Shown here: positions 60,837 to 64,000 of the stretch, one piece after another | How positions within the stretch are numbered: position 1 is the stretch's first letter | Layout of the letters: each line of letters starts with the position of its first letter | DNA from: an uncultured delta proteobacterium | GTDB taxonomy: Bacteria; Myxococcota_A; Polyangia; Polyangiales; Polyangiaceae | NCBI GenBank assembly: GCA_963763745.1 | Contig: CAVXQJ010000016.1 | Span: forward strand, 449,029 to 513,028 | Reading direction: 5' to 3' | DNA: 64,000 bases | Translations under genes and position numbers: made by a program | The notes under the pieces: generated by a model | Told to the model about the DNA's origin: nothing | The model's input: the letters and a program-made list of their open reading frames with translations, nothing else | Database searches by the model: none

Positions 60837-62060
60837 TCAAACGATTCGAACGTCGGGTATCGGCACGATGAACTTGCCGCCGGCATCACGGTACGCCGCT
60901 TGTTGACGCAGAATTTCGTCCGCGAAGTTCCATGTAAGAAGTAGGCAGTAGTCCGGCATCGCCTCTGCAAGGTGCGCTGGGCCGAGAATCGGAATGTGTG
61001 AGCCTGGCATGTAATGATTTTGTTTGTGGGGACTGCGGTCAACCACGAAGTCGATTGTGTCGGCGCCGATACCCATGTACGTTAGTAGGGTGGTTCCCTT
61101 AGCCGCAGCACCATAAGCCGCGACACGCTTGCCTTGGCGTTTTAGATCGGCAAGCAGTGTCTTGAGAGTGTCGCGCAGTGTTTGGACTCGGCGCGCGAAA
61201 GTGCGGTAGAAAGCGAGATGGCCCATCCCCATGTGCGCTTCTTCTTCGAGAAGCCGTTTGACGTTCTCTCCGCGCTGAAAGCTTGATGCCGGAGACACAA
61301 AAATGCGAAGCGAGCCACCGTGCATCGGTATGTGTTCCACGTCCCGCAGCACCAAACCGCTACGGGCAAACAGTTTATCAAGCGCAGTCGCGGAAAAGTA
61401 ACAAAGATGTTCATGGTAGATCGTATCGAATTCGCATCGCTCAACGAGATCGCGCACATAGGGCGCTTCGATGATCGCAACACCAGTCGGCTTCAACAGC
61501 GTAGCAATGCCCTCAACCACCCCGTTGAGATCTGCAACGTGCGCGAGCACGTTGTTGGCATGAAGGACGTCGACACGTTTGCCATCGCGAGCAAGCTCAC
61601 TGGCTAACTCGGATCCGAAAAACTTCGCAAGCGTTGGAACGTTGCGTTCTTCGACGGCAACACGAGCAATATTGGTCGCGGGCTCGATGCCGAGTACTGG
61701 CACGCCGGCCTGGACATAATGTTGCAGCAGGTAGCCATCATTGCTCGCAATCTCGACAACAAACGAGTTGCGCGTAAGCTTTTCGGTTTCGATCATTCGC
61801 GTCGCGATGGTCTTCGCATGTGTGACCATCGTGTCGGAAAACGAGGAGAAATAGAGGTAGTCGGAGAAGAGCACGTCAGGCGGGACGGTCTCAGTGATCT
61901 GAACCAGCGTGCAGCAAGCGCAGAAGGCTAGGTCCAGTGGATACGTTTGCTCCGGACGCGACAATTCCTGCTCCGTGAGCAGTGAGTTCGCGAGCGGCGT
62001 CCTGCCAAGTGAGAGGATGAGGTCAAGATCAGTGGCCTGGCAGAGACGACAACGAGTCAT
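60837..62060 (-). CDS. NDP-hexose C-methyltransferase (TylC3-like family, N-terminal Zn-ribbon plus class I MTase)
   Basis: MTRCRLCQ...CACCTLVQ Cys4 ribbon; VVEIASNDGYLL; the C-terminal domain pattern matches sugar 3-C-methyltransferases. Confidence 0.7.
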   Translation of the reverse strand: MTRCRLCQATDLDLILSLGRTPLANSLLTEQELSRPEQTYPLDLAFCACCTLVQITETVPPDVLFSDYLYFSSFSDTMVTHAKTIATRMIETEKLTRNSFVVEIASNDGYLLQHYVQAGVPVLGIEPATNIARVAVEERNVPTLAKFFGSELASELARDGKRVDVLHANNVLAHVADLNGVVEGIATLLKPTGVAIIEAPYVRDLVERCEFDTIYHEHLCYFSATALDKLFARSGLVLRDVEHIPMHGGSLRIFVSPASSFQRGENVKRLLEEEAHMGMGHLAFYRTFARRVQTLRDTLKTLLADLKRQGKRVAAYGAAAKGTTLLTYMGIGADTIDFVVDRSPHKQNHYMPGSHIPILGPAHLAEAMPDYCLLLTWNFADEILRQQAAYRDAGGKFIVPIPDVRIV

Positions 62061-62207
62061 GCGTGATTCTTCTACTTTCTGCACCAGCTGCGTGCAAGAG
62101 CGGGTGGACGCTACAAGCCGACAATGCTAGAGACGCTGCGGAATCAGGGGACATTCACTGAATCCGGAGCTCGGAAGAGCAACGAACACACTCGTGCGGG
62201 ACGAATC

Positions 62208-63290
62208 ATGGCGAGAACAAGTGACGTTATCATCGAGGACGCGCGGTGGATCGTGGATCGGATGGAAACCGCCATGAATCCGTTACGTGGCACGACGTTG
62301 TTGTTGACGGGCGCCGGCGGGTTCCTTTGTAGCTTTATCCTGGACGTGCTGGTGGAGTTCAACAGGCGTCGGGGATCACCTGTGCGCATTCTCGCGGTTG
62401 ACAATTTCCTGAGCGGTGTGCCCGATCGCGTTGCACACCACAAGGGGCTTGCCGACGTCGTTCTGCTCACACACGACATGAGTAAACCGCTTGACGCACC
62501 AGAACCGTATCAATGGGTCATTCATGGCGCAAGCATCGCATCCCCCACGTTCTATCGCCGCTTCCCTCTCGAAACGATCGACGTGAATGTGAATGGCACT
62601 TGGCACCTACTCGAGATGTGCCGCACTCACCCCGAGATACGCAGTCTGGTATTTCTTAGCACCAGTGAGATTTACGGTGATCCGACACCTGATGCGATTC
62701 CGACGCCCGAGACGTATCGCGGCTTTGTGTCGTGTACCGGACCGCGTGCTTGCTACGATGAATCGAAACGCCTGGGTGAGACGCTGTGCACGACATACCA
62801 TCGGCTTCATCACATACCGGTGAAGACGGTTCGGCCGTTCAACGTCTACGGACCTGGTCAGCGGCTCGACGACATGCGCATCATGCCGGATCTCATTCGC
62901 GCGGCGCTTAGGCGAATGCCGATTATTCTCCATAGCGACGGTCGCGCAACGAGAGCATTCTGCTACGTGCGTGATGCAGCTTCGGCGATGCTTCATATCT
63001 TGCTCTCTGAAGCAAACGGAGAAGCGTTTAATGTGGGGAACGACGAAGAAGAGATTCCAATGACCGAGGTCGCCAAGCGCGTCGTGGAAGTCGCGGGGCC
63101 TCCTGCGATTAGAATCGACCACAAGGTCAGCGACGATCCGCTCTACCTTTCTGACAACCCTCTGAGACGCTGTCCCGATCTTAGCAAGCTGCGCAAGTAC
63201 TTCCCAACATGGTCGCCGACCGTGACCCTCCGCGAGGGCATCGCGCGCACCCTGCGTTCCTATCCGGCTGAGCCGGGGGAGGTCTCGTGA
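62208..63290 (+). CDS. NAD-dependent epimerase/dehydratase, UDP-glucuronate decarboxylase (UXS/ArnA C-terminal domain)-like
   Basis: Start is M29 of the ORF. LLLTGAGGFLCSFILDVL (GxxGxxG), STSEIYG, YDESKR (YxxxK). Confidence 0.7.
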   Translation: MARTSDVIIEDARWIVDRMETAMNPLRGTTLLLTGAGGFLCSFILDVLVEFNRRRGSPVRILAVDNFLSGVPDRVAHHKGLADVVLLTHDMSKPLDAPEPYQWVIHGASIASPTFYRRFPLETIDVNVNGTWHLLEMCRTHPEIRSLVFLSTSEIYGDPTPDAIPTPETYRGFVSCTGPRACYDESKRLGETLCTTYHRLHHIPVKTVRPFNVYGPGQRLDDMRIMPDLIRAALRRMPIILHSDGRATRAFCYVRDAASAMLHILLSEANGEAFNVGNDEEEIPMTEVAKRVVEVAGPPAIRIDHKVSDDPLYLSDNPLRRCPDLSKLRKYFPTWSPTVTLREGIARTLRSYPAEPGEVS

Positions 63291-64000
63291 ACGTCACGAT
63301 CTTCGGTGCCGGCTATGTCGGTCTTGTCACTGGCACGTGCTTGGCCGCGATTGGCCATGACGTAACTTGTGTTGATGTCGTACGCGAGCGCGTCGACGCT
63401 ATCAACGCTGGCAAAACGCCAATCTACGAAAGCGGTCTCGACAAGCTCCTCGCCGACACGCTATCCACCGGGCGTTTTCGGGCAACCGTCGACGCCGAAA
63501 ACGCGCTTCGGAACAGCGACCTGTCCATGATTGCTGTCGGAACCCCACCGCGCGGCGATCAGATTGACCTATCATACGTTGAACAAGTCGCCCGGACGAT
63601 CGGCCGCCATCTGCGCCACCGCGACGGGCGCCATACGGTGGTCGTCAAGAGCACCGTAGTGCCTGGCACGACGGCCGGACTTGTGCGTGAAAAATTGGAA
63701 CACGAAGCAAACAAGAAGGCCGGCAAGGACTTTGGGCTTGCGATGAACCCTGAGTTTCTCAGGGAAGGATGCGCCGTAGACGATTTCATGAATCCGGATC
63801 GCGTCGTCATTGGCCAGTTTGATGGCAGATCGGGCGATGCGGTTGCGGAACTGTATGCGCGCTTCGACTGTCCAAAACCTCGCGTGACGCTCGTCGATGC
63901 CGAGTTCATCAAGTACGCATCTAACACTCTTCTAGCCACGCTCGTTTCCTTCAGTAATGAACTCTATAGGCTTTGCGAAAACACCACCGGCGCAGACGGC
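63287..64000 (+). CDS. ugd: UDP-glucose 6-dehydrogenase, 3' end beyond window
   Basis: GTG overlaps the upstream stop (GTGA). VNVTIFGAGYVGLVTGTCLAAIGHDVTCVDV...GKTPIYESGL...MIAVGTP...AMNPEFLREG canonical UDP-Glc/GDP-Man dehydrogenase N-terminus. Confidence 0.85.
   Translation, partial: MNVTIFGAGYVGLVTGTCLAAIGHDVTCVDVVRERVDAINAGKTPIYESGLDKLLADTLSTGRFRATVDAENALRNSDLSMIAVGTPPRGDQIDLSYVEQVARTIGRHLRHRDGRHTVVVKSTVVPGTTAGLVREKLEHEANKKAGKDFGLAMNPEFLREGCAVDDFMNPDRVVIGQFDGRSGDAVAELYARFDCPKPRVTLVDAEFIKYASNTLLATLVSFSNELYRLCENTTGADG

Noticed and set aside
63559-63939. 126-aa minus-strand ORF inside ugd
   Set aside because: Antisense shadow of a clearly conserved UDP-glucose dehydrogenase frame.

Overview
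This is a high-GC (~68-70%) bacterial chromosomal segment. Its content (many lipoproteins, Cys-rich secreted proteins, a peptidase S74 chaperone-domain protein, COG1373 ATPases) suggests Myxococcota, but that is an inference, not proven. No rRNA, tRNA or CRISPR array is visible by eye.

The first ~28 kb is housekeeping. It contains mdh (5' partial), sucCD, ndk, dapD-dapE, radA, a TlpA-like thioredoxin, alaS and ffh. It also holds one IS5-family (IS427-group-like) insertion sequence with CTAG target duplication, two paralogous DUF4143 AAA+ ATPases in opposite orientation, and several lipoprotein and secreted-protein genes.

From ~27.1 kb to the window end (and beyond) lies one large Wzx/Wzy-dependent surface-polysaccharide locus of ~28 genes:
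- a Wzc-like tyrosine autokinase (heavily frameshifted), a WecA-like initiating transferase, two Wzy/O-antigen-ligase-like membrane proteins and a Wzx flippase;
- at least five glycosyltransferases;
- a dTDP-3-amino-3,6-dideoxyhexose N-acetyl-type operon (RmlB, WbqC-like, DegT aminotransferase, GNAT);
- Ugd plus a UXS-like enzyme;
- a TylC3-like sugar C-methyltransferase with two short-chain dehydrogenase/epimerases;
- two class I SAM methyltransferases and a B12-binding radical SAM enzyme;
- an HTTM-like polytopic membrane protein, a large right-handed beta-helix protein, a Cys-rich secreted protein, and three dispersed AsnB-family amidotransferases.

That tailoring set points to an unusually decorated glycan: amidated uronic acids, N-acetylated amino-dideoxy sugar, and C-/O-methylated or branched sugars.

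Many genes carry single-base frameshifts, often at homopolymers. These affect a CrtI-like oxidoreductase, dapD, dapE, wecA, asnB2 and asnB3, with extreme clustering in wzc and asnB1. The pattern looks like indel-prone sequencing, possibly combined with genuine decay of wzc and asnB1. The ORF track uses ATG/GTG/TTG starts written as M, so the starts below were re-derived where possible.
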